Source: Haliotis cracherodii
Lineage: Eukaryota
Assembly (NCBI RefSeq): GCF_022045235.1
Contig: NW_027266280.1
Span: 2,232,001 to 2,296,000, forward strand
Direction of reading: 5' to 3'
DNA: 64,000 nucleotides
Part shown: piece after piece, positions 12,964 through 24,703 of the stretch
How positions within the stretch are numbered: position 1 is the first letter of the stretch
How the letters are laid out: each line of letters begins with the position of its first letter
Translations under genes and position numbers: made by a program
Notes under the pieces: model-generated
The model's database searches: none
The model's input: only the letters and a program-made list of their open reading frames with translations
What the model was told of the DNA's origin: nothing

Positions 12964-13230
12964 GACCCGTGAAGCTCTGTGTTGGGACAGGTCTTCAGCA
13001 ACCCATGCTTGCCGTAAAAGGCAACTATACTTGTCGTAAGAGGCGACTAACGGGATCGGGTGGTCAGGCTCACTGACTTGGTTGATGCATGTCATCGTAT
13101 CCCAATTGCGTGGATCGATGCTCATGATGTCAATCACTGGATTGTCGGGTCCAGTCTCGATGATTTACAGACCGCCGTCATGTAGCTGGAATATTGCTGA
13201 GTGCGGCGTTAAACAACAAACAAACAAACA
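12964..13230 (+). mobile_element. SINE family B, full length
   Basis: Starts GACCCGTGAAG, ends (AAAC)n; flanking direct repeat AAGGCATGCG. Confidence 0.9.
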
Positions 13231-13352
13231 AGGCATGCGGCCCAGGTAATTTATATGATATAGTATTTAATGAATGCAGTAAACAGTTGTACGGCATATT
13301 TCAAAAGCTTTTTCAAGCTTCATTAGGTTCCCATCACGTTCCTCTATTTTTG

Positions 13353-13622
13353 GACCCGTGAAGATTCCGGGGTAGAATAGGTCTTCAGCAACCCATACTT
13401 GCCGTAAAAGGTGACTGTGCTTGTCGTAAAAGGCTAGGCAACTAACGGGATCGGGTGGTCAGGCTCGCTGACTTGGTTGATACATATCATCGATCCCAAT
13501 TGCGTGGATCGATGATCATGACATTAGTCATTGGATTGTCTGGTCCAGACTCGATTATTTACAGACCGTCATATAGCTGGAATATTGCTGAGTGCGGCGT
13601 TAAACAACAAACCAAACCAAAA
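13353..13622 (+). mobile_element. SINE family B, full length
   Basis: Starts GACCCGTGAAGATT; flanking repeat TCCTCTATTTT(T)GGA on both sides. Confidence 0.9.
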
Positions 13623-13689
13623 AATCCTCTATTTTGGAAACGTTCTAACTCTGTATCTGTTCCCAAGAAGCAAAACCCAAGTTATACAC

Positions 13690-14460
13690 TGATTATCGCC
13701 CTGGGGATTTAACTTCAATAGCTAGGAAATGCCTTGAACGCATTAACAAGAGATCGTCAGCGTATTCATAGTCCTTTGCAAACTGTATATAGACCCGACA
13801 GAGGTGTCGAGGACGCACCACAGACTGTCCTGCACACAATCTAAAGACGTCCAGATAACGGTAAATCGAATGTAAGAATATTGTTCGTCGATATTTTTCA
13901 TCTGCTCTTAATACCATACAGCCTCACGTACTTATGCAAAAGATGAACAACATGGGTGTTAACACGCATGTTGTCAAATGGGTCAAATCTTTGTTTAAAC
14001 AGGCCACAGTTCGTCACCGTTAATGGCACCTGCTCATCTCTTATTCGCACTTTTACTGGGGCCACTCAAGGTTGTGCTATCTCGCCCATCTTTTCATTTT
14101 GTACACAAATGACTGTAGTCGCCGTTTTTCTGTTGATTTGTTTCTGTAAAATTTGCAGATGACGCTGCACTTGTAGGTCTTATCAAAGATTCAGAAATGA
14201 AATTTCTAATTTTATATCTTGCTGTAAGGATAATTATCTGTTTTTAAATATCAAGAAAATTAAGGAAATGGTCATAGATGTTATAGGGAAACTAACTCAT
14301 GTTTTACTCCAATTGTTATTGTCACTTGATAATGAAGTAATAGAAGTATAACTATCTGGGCACCGTCATTGATTCAAAACTCGCACGGAATGAAAATACA
14401 GAATAAACAGAGCAAACAGTTAATAAAGCAAATAAAATATTAAGCGATATTTCGCATGTT
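13690..14460 (+). pseudogene. Degenerate non-LTR RT fragment (Rex1/Babar- or L2-like)
   Basis: VRILFVD..S.LNTIQPHVL, RPQFVTVNG..S...TGATQGCAISP and KFADDAALVGLI spread over frames. Confidence 0.8.
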
Positions 14461-15377
14461 TTACATTTGGAGGATGAACTTCTTCCTCCTTGCCGGATTA
14501 CGATTGCCGATGTTGAGAACAAACCCGGAATTAATGGACAGTGCACGTGCTCTGCAAATCCTGCAATCAACCGAAATCTGCAAGGCAGTCGCCATGTTTA
14601 TAAACCGAATGTCGATTTCGTTTCGCGATTTTGATTGGACTATGCATAGACTCTTCCAGCCAAACTATAACTCCATAATACCAGCCGTGTTCGGCGAGGG
14701 TGGAATCTGGACTTTTACAGTCAGTTAACTCCCTTGCCTCGGGCAGATGGCTAGTACCAGGTTTTGTAAGAAGTTTTATGACAAATAATTATTGAGCATT
14801 TATTTGTTCCACATTTGTGATGCTCTTAGTTATTTGTAAGTGTGTTTGTCAATAAGCTGATACCTTGTGCTGACGTTACCAAAATTTCCTTCGTGATAAT
14901 ATATTGTTATCTTACCTCACCTAATCTTATCAATTCCTCCCCCTTGATCTGTCCCCACGGGCGCTCATCACAGTTCGAAAGGGCCTGGATCACGCACGGG
15001 CTAATATATAATATATGCATATAAAATACTAACTAATGCTTAACTACCAATAAAGGCAAATTTACCTTGTTTGTTAAGTTTGTTGTTTATCGTCGCAGTC
15101 ACTTGTAGTCCAAATATATGATGACAGCCTGTAGATAACCGAGTCTGAACCAGACAAACCAGTGATTGATATGAGCAGCGTCTCACGCCATGAACACACA
15201 ATGCCATTTAGAAAGTGGTAACAAGTGTTATATTTAGGGTAACACTTTCTTAGTAAAGTACAGATTCTCGTACATTTTGGGGTTGAGTCCTGTCCGGGGT
15301 TCGAACCCACACTGCCAGAGTGAGGCATCTAATCGCCAACACCCACAGTCAGCGATCTAACTCTGAGCTGAGTGTAC

Positions 15378-16319
15378 TGCAGACTAATATCTTTACATAT
15401 TACAGACTAATATCTTTATATATTACAGACTAATATCTTTATATATTACAGACTAACATCTTTATATATTACAGACTAATATCTTTACATATTACAGACT
15501 AATATCTTTACATATTACAGACTAATATCTTTATATATTACAGACTAATATCTTTACATAGTACAGACTAATAACTTTATATATTACAGACTAATATCTT
15601 TATATATTACAGACTAATATCTTTATATATTGCAGACTAATAACTTTATATATTACAGACTAATATCTTTATATATTGCAGACTAATATCTTTATATATT
15701 ACAGACTAATATCTTTATATATTACAGACTAATATCTTTATATATTACAGACTAATATCTTTATATATTGCAGACTAATATCTTTATATATTACAGACTA
15801 ATATCTTTATATATTACAGACTAATATCATTATATATTACAAACTTATATTTTTATATATTTCAGACTAATATCATTATATATTGCACACTAATATCTTT
15901 ATATATTGCAGACTAATATCTTTATATATTACAGACTAATATCATTATATATTGCAGACTAATATCTTTATATATTGCAGACTAATATCTTTATATATTG
16001 CAGACTAATATCTTTATATATAACAGACTAATATATTTATATATTGCAGACTAATATCATTATATATTGCAGACTAATATCTTTATATATTACAGACTAA
16101 TATATTGCAGACTAATATCTTTATATATTCCAGACTAATATCATTATATATTGCAGACTAATATCTTTATATATTACAGACTAATATCTTTATATATTAC
16201 AGACTAATATCTTTATATATTGCAGACTAATATCTTTATATATTGCAGACTAATATCTTTAAAAATTGCAGACTAATATCTTTAAAAATTGCAGACTAAT
16301 ATCTTTATATATTGCAGAC
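15378..16319. repeat. 23-bp minisatellite (ACTAATATCTTTATATATT[G/A]CAG), ~41 copies, ending at the UGT splice acceptor
   Basis: Directly visible tandem array. The last CAG (16315-16317) is followed by unique sequence leading to ATG 16337. Confidence 0.95.
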
Positions 16320-16336
16320 GGCGTCAATTATCCAGG

Positions 16337-17860
16337 ATGGGGGTACTTACCACAAGCTTGGCCCTGCTGTTGTTGCTGTTGAGTCTGCCTGGGTTCCAGG
16401 CCGCCAGGATTCTCTTCTTGTATATGCCAACATACAGTCACATCCGGGGATCTCTGAACGTGGCCACTGAGCTCGCTTCACATGGTCACATGGTATGGAA
16501 TGCTCTCTCGACTGAACTGGCCAATCACAAGGGCATGCAGGCACCGGGGGTCAACATCCTCAAATACGAGGCTGTAGATGAATATGACTTTGACCAAATG
16601 ATCCTCAACAGCATGATAAACGCATATTTCCAAGAAAACGGTCCTCCTGTGCCCTTTGATCTCATAACGGAAATATGTGACCGTATTCTGAGGGACAAGG
16701 AATTATTTAAGAGAATCAAAGATTTGAATTTTGATTTGATTATATTAGATATTGTACCCATAGCCAGAATGCTTACCACCATTGCCTACAGACTGGACAT
16801 TCCCTTTATATTCATAGGGGCAGCTTTCGAGCCTCAAGTTAGCAGGACGCCTTTTATTCCATCTGCGTCTCCGTTCATCATTTTCCCAAAGACACCGAAA
16901 ATGGACTTCGGGACGCGTGTAGTGAATGCCATCACGACTGTGCTGTACGTGTTCTTTTATGATCCGTTCTGTACCTATAGGCCAGTAGCGACATACGCCC
17001 CAGAGAAGCCGTACATCTCAATGGAATCTCTGACAGCTAAGGCCTGGCTGTGGCTCATCGACATTGAGCCCCTACTAGACTACCCAGCAGCCACGCTGCC
17101 CAACGTGAAGCTGATTGGATCTCTGTCAGCGATTGAACCAAAGCCACTCCCTGTTGAATACAAGAAGTTTATGGACGAATCAAAAGAGGGCGTGGTCATT
17201 GTTTCTTTCGGAAGTAATGTGAAGTCGCTTCCTGATGAAATATCCAAAAGATTACTTGAGGCGTTTTCACGAACGAACTACCGATACATATTCAAGACTG
17301 ACAAAAAAGTCAAAGTTGGACCTAATGTTCTTTTAACAGACTGGATGCCGCAGTCGGATCTACTCGCCCACCCGAACACTAAATTGTTTATAACCCATTG
17401 TGGAGCCAGTGGTCTGAACGAGGCTTTCTTGAAGGGAGTTCCCATGATTGGCTTTCCCCTTTTTGGGGATCAACCGTATAATTCAATGAAGGTCGTGTAC
17501 CATGGCTTTGGTCTCAAAATGGATTTGAAAACGTTTACTGTTGATGACTTGGTGTCCAACATCAATGAGGTCATTCAGAATTCTTCCTGCTCACAGAAAA
17601 TCAAGAAAGCTGCGGAAATCACGAAGCTCCGAAAAAGAAGTCCCAAAGATGAAGCTGTTTACTGGATAGAACACGTGCTTAAATATGGCAGCGCCCATCT
17701 GAGGTCCTATTGTCAGGACATGCCGTTGTATCAATATTTGTGTCTGGACGTCATCGGGCTTGTCCTGTTCATCCTCCATGTGTGTATTTTCCTTATATGG
17801 AAATCGTGTAGCTATTGCTGTAGGAAAACCTGTAATCAATCAAAACAAAAAGTAGAATAA
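16337..17860 (+). CDS. UDP-glycosyltransferase (GT1, UGT2-like), copy 1, 507 aa
   Basis: Signal peptide, catalytic His (YSHI), FDLIILD, signature WMPQSDLLAHP..KLFITHCG..G..EA...GVPMIGFPLFGDQ, C-terminal TM helix and KxKxx ER-retrieval motif (KQKVE). The track extension from 16289 is satellite-derived. Confidence 0.97.
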   Translation: MGVLTTSLALLLLLLSLPGFQAARILFLYMPTYSHIRGSLNVATELASHGHMVWNALSTELANHKGMQAPGVNILKYEAVDEYDFDQMILNSMINAYFQENGPPVPFDLITEICDRILRDKELFKRIKDLNFDLIILDIVPIARMLTTIAYRLDIPFIFIGAAFEPQVSRTPFIPSASPFIIFPKTPKMDFGTRVVNAITTVLYVFFYDPFCTYRPVATYAPEKPYISMESLTAKAWLWLIDIEPLLDYPAATLPNVKLIGSLSAIEPKPLPVEYKKFMDESKEGVVIVSFGSNVKSLPDEISKRLLEAFSRTNYRYIFKTDKKVKVGPNVLLTDWMPQSDLLAHPNTKLFITHCGASGLNEAFLKGVPMIGFPLFGDQPYNSMKVVYHGFGLKMDLKTFTVDDLVSNINEVIQNSSCSQKIKKAAEITKLRKRSPKDEAVYWIEHVLKYGSAHLRSYCQDMPLYQYLCLDVIGLVLFILHVCIFLIWKSCSYCCRKTCNQSKQKVE

Positions 17861-17946
17861 GTATCCAAAATAGTCTTTTTACAGTGAGTGAGTGAGTGAG
17901 CGAGTCATATCATCAATATTTCAGCCATATCGTGACTTACTGTAAG

Positions 17947-18117
17947 GCGACGGAGCGGTAGTACAGTAGATAAACCGTTTGCTTGTGACGCCGAAGGCCC
18001 AGGTTTGATTCCTCACATGGGCACAATTTTTGAAGCTCATGATTTCTGGTGTTCGAGGTTGATATTGCTGGGCTAATTCTTATAGCGGCGTAAAACACAA
18101 GTCACTCACTCACTCGC
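17947..18117 (+). mobile_element. SINE family A (short, tRNA-Asp-like head, (ACTC)n tail)
   Basis: GACGCCGAAGGCCCAGGTTTGATTCC...GCGGCGTAAAAC...CACTCACTC. Confidence 0.8.
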
Positions 18118-18466
18118 TCTGTAAACGTGGTGTGGATTGGGAAACTGTCAGTGAGAATGTTCCAGGTTAGCTGAATATTTAAACAGGGAAATATATGTTC
18201 AATTTATTTTGTATCTTTGTATGATTTGTAGAGTGAATGTTTATTTCACCAACGAAAGATACCTTTAGTTTTTCTAAAATAAAAAGTTGAATTATATGAT
18301 GTATCGTGTTATCAGATATGCTGTTGCGTGTCATCCTTCCCTATGGCGTGGGTCGTGATAATGTTTCCAATCACTGGTTTGTCTGGTCCAGACTCCATTA
18401 TTTACAGGCTGATGTGATAGGACTGTAATATTCTGACTGCGGTGTGTGACAAATTGCACACACTAC

Positions 18467-21055
18467 GTGCACTTACATGTATTCTGTGCCAGGTGTGTTT
18501 ATGCTGTATCGGGGTCCGTGCACCTACATGTATTGTGTATCAGGTGGGTTTATGCTGTATCGGTGTCCGCGCACCTATATGTTTTGTGTGTCAGCAGGGT
18601 TTATGCTGTATCGGGGTCCATGCACCTATATGGATGGTGTATCAGGTGTGTTTATGCTGTATCGGGGTCCGCGCACTTGTATGTATTGTGTGTCAGGTAG
18701 GTTTATGCTGTATCGGGTCCGTGCACCTATATGTATTGTCTATCAGTGGGTTTATGCTGTATCGGGGTCCGTGCACCTATATGTATTGTGTGTCAGGTGT
18801 GTTTATGCTGTATTGGGTCCGTGCACCTATATGTATTGTGTGTCAGGTGTGTTTATGCTGTATCGGGGTCCGTGCACCTATATGTATTGTGTATCAGGTG
18901 GGTTTATGCTGTATCGGGGTCCGCGCACCTATATGTATTGTGTGTCAGGTAGGTTTATGCTGTATTGGGGTCCGTGCACCTGTATGTATTGTGTATCAGG
19001 TGGGTTTATGCTGTATCAGGGTCCGCGCACTTATATGTATTGTGTGTCAGGTAGGTTTATGCTGTATCAGGGTCCGTGCACCTATATGTATTGTGTATCA
19101 GATGGGTTTATGCTGTATCGGGGTCCGTGCACCTATATGTATTGTGTATCAGGTAGGTTTATGCTGTATCGGGGTCCGTGCACCTATATGTATTGTGTAT
19201 CAGTGGGTTTATGCTGTATCGGGGTCTGTGCACCTATATGTATTGTGTGTCAGGTGTGTTTATGCTGTATCGGGGTCTGTGCACCTATATGTATTGTCTA
19301 TCAGTGGGTTTATGCTGTATCGGGGTCTGTGCACCTATATGTATTGTGTGTCAGGTGTGTTTATGCTGTATCGGGGTCCGTGCACCTATATGTATTGTGT
19401 GTCAGGTGTGTTTATGCTGTATCGGGGTCCGTGCACCTATATGTATTGAGTATCAGGTGTGTTTATGCTGTATCGGGGTCCGTGCACCTATATGTATTGT
19501 GTATCAGTGGGTTTATGCTGTATCGGGGTCTGTGCACCTATATGTATTGTGTGTCAGGTGGGTTTATGCTGTATCGGGGTCCGTGCACCTATATGTATTG
19601 TGTATCAGGTAGGTTTATGCTGTATCGGGGTCCGTGCACCTATATGTATTGAGTATCAGGTGTGTTTATGCTGTATCGGGGTCCGTGCACCTATATGTAT
19701 TGTGTATCAGGTGTGTTTATGCTGTATCGAGGTTCGTGCACTTATATGTATTGTGTATCAGTGGGTTTATGCTGTATCGGGGTCTGTGCACCTATATGTA
19801 TTGTGTGTCAGGTGGGTTTATGCTGTATCGGGGTCCGTGCACCTATATGTATTGTGTATCAGGTAGGTTTATGCTGTATCGGGGTCCGTGCACCTATATG
19901 TATTGTGTATCAGGTGTGTTTATGCTGTATCGGGGTCCGTGCACCTATATGTATTGTGTATCAGGTGTGTTTATGCTGTATCGGGGTCCGTGCACCTATA
20001 TGTATTGTGTATCGGGTGGATTTATGCTGTATCGGGGTCCGTGCACCTATATGTATTGTGTATCAGGTGGGTTTATGCTGTATCGAGGTTCGTGCACTTA
20101 TATGTATTGTCTATCAGTGGGTTTATGCTGTATCGGGGTCCGTGCACCGATATGTATTGTGTATCAGGTGTGTTTATGCTGTATTGGGGTCCGTGCACCT
20201 ATATGTATTGTGTGTCAGGTGTGTTTATGCAGTATCGGGGTCCGTGCACCTACATGTATTGTGTGTCAGGTGTGTTTATGCTGTATTGGGGTCCGTGCAC
20301 CTATATGTATTGTGTATCAGGTGGGTTTATGCTGTATCGAGGTCCGTGCACCTATATGTATTGTGTATCAGGTGTGTTTATGCAGTATCGGGGTTCGTGC
20401 ACCTATATGTATTGTCTATCAGTGGGTTTATGCTGTATTGGGGTCCGTGCACCTATATGTATTGTGTATCAGGTGGGTTTATGCTGTATCGAGGTCCGTG
20501 CACCTATATGTATTGTGTATCAGTGGGTTTATGCTGTATCGGGTCCGTGCACCTACATGTATTGTGTATCAGGTGTGTTTATGCTGTATCGAGGTCCGTG
20601 CACCTATATGTATTGTGTATCAGGTGTGTTTATGCAGTATCGGGGTTCGTGCACCTATATGTATTGTCTATCAGTGGGTTTATGCTGTATCGGGGTCCGT
20701 GCACCTACATGTATTGTGTGTCAGGTGTGTTTATGCTGTATTGGGGTCCGTGCACCTATATGTATTGTGTATCAGGTGGGTTTATGCTGTATCGAGGTCC
20801 GTCCACCTATATGTATTGTGTATCAGTGGGTTTATGCTGTATCGGGTCCGTGCACCTATATGTATTGTGTATCAGGTGTGTTTATGCTGTATCGAGGTCC
20901 GTGCACCTATATGTATTGTGTATCAGATGGGTTTATGCTGTATCGGGGTCCGTGCACCGATATGTATTGTGTATCAGGTGTGTTTATGCTGTATCGAGGT
21001 CTGTGCACCTATATGTATTGTGTGTCACAGTGTCAGGTGTGTTTATGCTGTATGA
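18467..21055. repeat. 51-bp minisatellite (~50 copies, frequent 50-bp variants)
   Basis: Unit GTGCACCTATATGTATTGTGTATCAGGTGGGTTTATGCTGTATCGGGGTCC. Confidence 0.95.
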
Positions 21056-22159
21056 GGTTGGTTGATGCTGTTTTGGGTTCGAATCCCAGATTCAACCAAT
21101 TATTGTACTTGGTCTGCATGCACCATTCCGGTGGGTTTCACCAAAGTGCACACGTCTACTACACACGACACCTAGTTCTAGCCCCCCACATCAAGCTGAC
21201 ACATGGTGATTTTGCTAAAATATCAAGGTTAAAAACCTTTCCCGAGCTGTGTCCCAATACGGTTGTTGCTTCACTGAATCCCCCTTTGAAATGTCGGGCA
21301 TAGGCCGTCTCAAATGTCAGCGACTATATTTAGTTTACTTCAGGCCGCGAGTGGTGGAGCTTCTGATAACCACCTCAAAGGTTTTATCGAACGATTTTCT
21401 TTTTGCGAAAGCATAAAGTTGGTCATAAGGAGAAATTGTGAAATTATTGATCAAATAACCTTTGAGAACACCCCTTACTTGGCCAGTCGTATCACATGAC
21501 ATCCCGCTTCTTTGTTGGTAGGTCCATTGAAATTTGCAAGGTGAAGCAGGCGTCTGTGGTCGACAGGTAGGACTTTGATCAGAATTGCATTTACTGGTTA
21601 TTTTACGAGACTAAGAGCTAGCTTACCTATCCTGTCACCCGTTACTCGTCTTATATCAGTCGTACTTTTTACACTCTTAACTGGTTCCGCTATTTAGCGC
21701 TAAAATTAGCAAACAGACAGCGGCTAAAATACCACTATTCATATTGCAAATATATTTAATATAATTGATTCAGCAGCATGTGACGACGACCAAACACTGG
21801 GGCTACCAGGTCACGTGACATTCTGCAGCCGACGTACAATTACAGGAGAGTTAATCATGATACGAGCACTGTGACGGGCAAAGTGACATACATTGCAGTG
21901 ATAATTATAGTGGATATTGACAGTTATATCACTTCGTCGTGGGATGTTTGAGGAACTGTAGGAGTATTGCCAGATACCGGGACTGAAATAGCTAGGGGTA
22001 TAACTGTATATACCACTCGGAACCTATTGCTGAGTGCGGCGTTAAACAACAAACCAACCAACATATTTACCTTTCATATGATCATGTGACATCCTCGCTG
22101 ACAGAAGTAAACGAAGCAGACATAAAATAATATATCTTCGAAACAAATAGTTGAATGAT

Positions 22160-22313
22160 TGGTTGGTTGTGGTTTAACGCCGCACTCAGCAATATTCCAG
22201 CTATATGACGGCGGTCTGTAAATAATCGAGTCTGGACCAGACGATCCAGTGATTGATATCATGAGCATCGATCCACGCAATGGGATACGATGACATGCAT
22301 CAACCAAGGCAGC
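22160..22313 (-). mobile_element. SINE family B, 3' part; a 5' head fragment follows on + at 22361-22428
   Basis: TTTAACGCCGCACTCAGCAATATTCCAGCTATATGAC...; GACCTATGAAGATC..GGTAGAATAGGTCTTCAGCAACCC. Confidence 0.8.
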
Positions 22314-22951
22314 GATTCGGGTGGAATCGGAACTAGTGCCATGAAAGTGGAACCATTACCGACCTATGAAGATCTTCGGTAGAATAGGTCTTCAGCAACC
22401 CATGCTTGCCGTACAAGGCGACTATGCTACCTCCCACACAAACTGACACGTGATATAACAGTATATAAAATTCCCTAAAATTTCAGTCAGACCACCGGAC
22501 TGGCAACTTTGCAAAGATACCAGACCAGATAAGACGTGTCAAAATTGTCTTGACTAACAAAAGTGAGAAATTTGTAAACATTAGAATTGTACTGTTTAAG
22601 GTCAGTTCTCAGAAAATAACAATAAACTAGTGGATTGTAAACTTTTACTCATTGAAATTTTATTCATCAATAATGTGTCTAACGTTTACAGTTAATTTTC
22701 CTCTTACATTGAATTAAAACTAGAATGCTGAGGTAATTTAGGGAATACAATAATGACCCGACCATCGGGCCTGCAACTTTTCAAATCTGACCGTCCCTCA
22801 GGAAAATATATTGTCGGGCAAGTGGGTATTTTAAACACTGGGTATAATTGAAATAATGAGCAAAGGAGGGATAACAAAGAACTCACTCACTCACTCACTC
22901 ACTGTCTTTTCTACATTTCTTGAAGGCAACGTCGATATCACTGTTACCGAG

Positions 22952-24469
22952 ATGGGACCACGAACCGGAATTGTCCTTCTGTTTCTTGTTTGCGTATCGA
23001 ACCTGGAAGCTGCCAATATCCTCTTCCTATTTTTCCCGTTATATAGTCACATCCGGGGCTCTCTGAACGTGGCCACAGAGCTAGCCTCACGTGGTCACGT
23101 GGTATGGAATGCTCTTCCAACTGAACTGGCCAATCACAAGGGCATGCAGTTACCGGGCGTCAATATTCTCAAATATGAATCCGTAGATGACTACAACATT
23201 AAGGAGAAGCTAATCGATCGTGTCATTTCTGATTACCTCAATGAAACCAGCGCACCCCCACCATTCGAGGTTGGGATGCAAGTGTGTGATCTTATACTGA
23301 AGGACGAGAAGCTATTTAAAGCTCTAACTGATCTACATTTCGATTTGATTATATTTGACATCATCCCTATGTCAAGAATGCTGACCATAATGGCATATAA
23401 GTTGGACGTGCCGTTTGTCTTCATGGGGGCAGCGTTCGAACCCCATGCCAGCCGGACTCCTTTTGTCCCCTCCGCACTTCCATATCCAATCTTTCCATGG
23501 TCAGAAGACATGGACTTTTGGACACGTGTTGCAAATGTGATCCTTTTGACGGTGCACGTGTATGTATACGACCCCTTCTCCTTCTACGGATGCGTCGCAA
23601 CGTACGCCCCAGAGAAGCCGTACATCTCTATGGAATCTTTGACAACTAAAGCCTGGCTGTGGCTCATTGATCAGGAACCATTCATAAACTACAACAGCGC
23701 CAAGTTGCCCAACGTCATGGAAATTGGATCTCTGTCCGCGGCTGCGCCCAAACCCCTTCCTGAGACATACAAGAAGTTCATGGACGGAGCGAAAGAGGGC
23801 GTGGTCATTGTTTCCTTCGGCAGTAATGTGAAAAGTCTTCCAGACGTAATATCCAAGAAGCTACTGGAGGCATTTTCTAAAACCACCTATAAGTACATCT
23901 TCAAAACGGATGAGAAGGTAAATTTGGGACCTAAGATTTTGTTAACTAACTGGATGCCGCAGTCGGATCTTCTCGCCCACCCGAACATTAAATTGTTTAT
24001 AACCCATTGTGGAGCTAATGGTCAGAACGAGGCTTTCTTGCACGGGGTTCCTATGATTGGTTTCCCCATGTTTGCTGAGCAGCCCTATAATGCCAAGAAG
24101 TTAGGTTACTTTGGATTCGGTATCGTGATGGATTTGAAAACGTTTACTGTTGATGACTTGGTGTCCAACATCAATGAGGTCATTCAGAATTCTTCCTACT
24201 CACAGAAAATCAAGAAAGCTGCGGAAATCACGAAGCTCCGAAAAAGAAGTCCCAAAGATGAAGCTGTTTATTGGATAGAACACGTTCTCAAATATGGCGG
24301 CGCCCATCTGAGGTCCTATTGTCAGGACATGCCGTTGTATCAATATTTGTGTCTGGACGTCATCGGGCTTGTCGTGTTCATCCTCCATGTGTGTATTTTC
24401 CTTATATGGAAGTCGTGCCGCTTCTGTTGTAGAAGAACTGTTCAGAAGCCAAAAGCCAAACGTGAATAA
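22952..24469 (+). CDS. UDP-glycosyltransferase, copy 2, 505 aa
   Basis: Acceptor catttcttgaag at 22925 and ATG 22952. Signal peptide, SHI, FDLIIFD, signature ending PMFAEQ, TM helix, KAKRE; AATAAA overlaps the stop. Confidence 0.97.
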   Translation: MGPRTGIVLLFLVCVSNLEAANILFLFFPLYSHIRGSLNVATELASRGHVVWNALPTELANHKGMQLPGVNILKYESVDDYNIKEKLIDRVISDYLNETSAPPPFEVGMQVCDLILKDEKLFKALTDLHFDLIIFDIIPMSRMLTIMAYKLDVPFVFMGAAFEPHASRTPFVPSALPYPIFPWSEDMDFWTRVANVILLTVHVYVYDPFSFYGCVATYAPEKPYISMESLTTKAWLWLIDQEPFINYNSAKLPNVMEIGSLSAAAPKPLPETYKKFMDGAKEGVVIVSFGSNVKSLPDVISKKLLEAFSKTTYKYIFKTDEKVNLGPKILLTNWMPQSDLLAHPNIKLFITHCGANGQNEAFLHGVPMIGFPMFAEQPYNAKKLGYFGFGIVMDLKTFTVDDLVSNINEVIQNSSYSQKIKKAAEITKLRKRSPKDEAVYWIEHVLKYGGAHLRSYCQDMPLYQYLCLDVIGLVVFILHVCIFLIWKSCRFCCRRTVQKPKAKRE

Positions 24470-24703
24470 ATACAAATAGCATCCAATCCTGTTTTATTTC
24501 TCCTCGCACGACACCCTGCACAGACATCAGTTTGAAATATGAAGGTTTAATCTATGACAGCTGGGCACATTGAGTTGAGCTTTGTTAGTGTAAGGGAGCC
24601 CCCATTTAACATTCTTTGTTGCGTGTGTCCTCAGAGACATGATGTTTTGATCGGATTTGGTGTCAATGTCAGTCGAGTATTTCCCACCTTACTAATCGCT
24701 AGC

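Noticed and set aside
16289-16336. N-terminal extensions of the UGT ORFs in the track (also 22856 and 48532)
   Set aside because: They cross splice acceptors or repeats; the downstream ATGs begin signal peptides that align across paralogs.
17591-17839. Conserved antisense ORFs in all five UGT 3' ends
   Set aside because: Shadow of the nucleotide-identical sense block; they start at non-ATG or variable positions.
18442-21303. Long Cys-rich ORFs in the 51-bp array
   Set aside because: All three frames are open and interconvert through 1-nt deletions; a satellite translation artefact.
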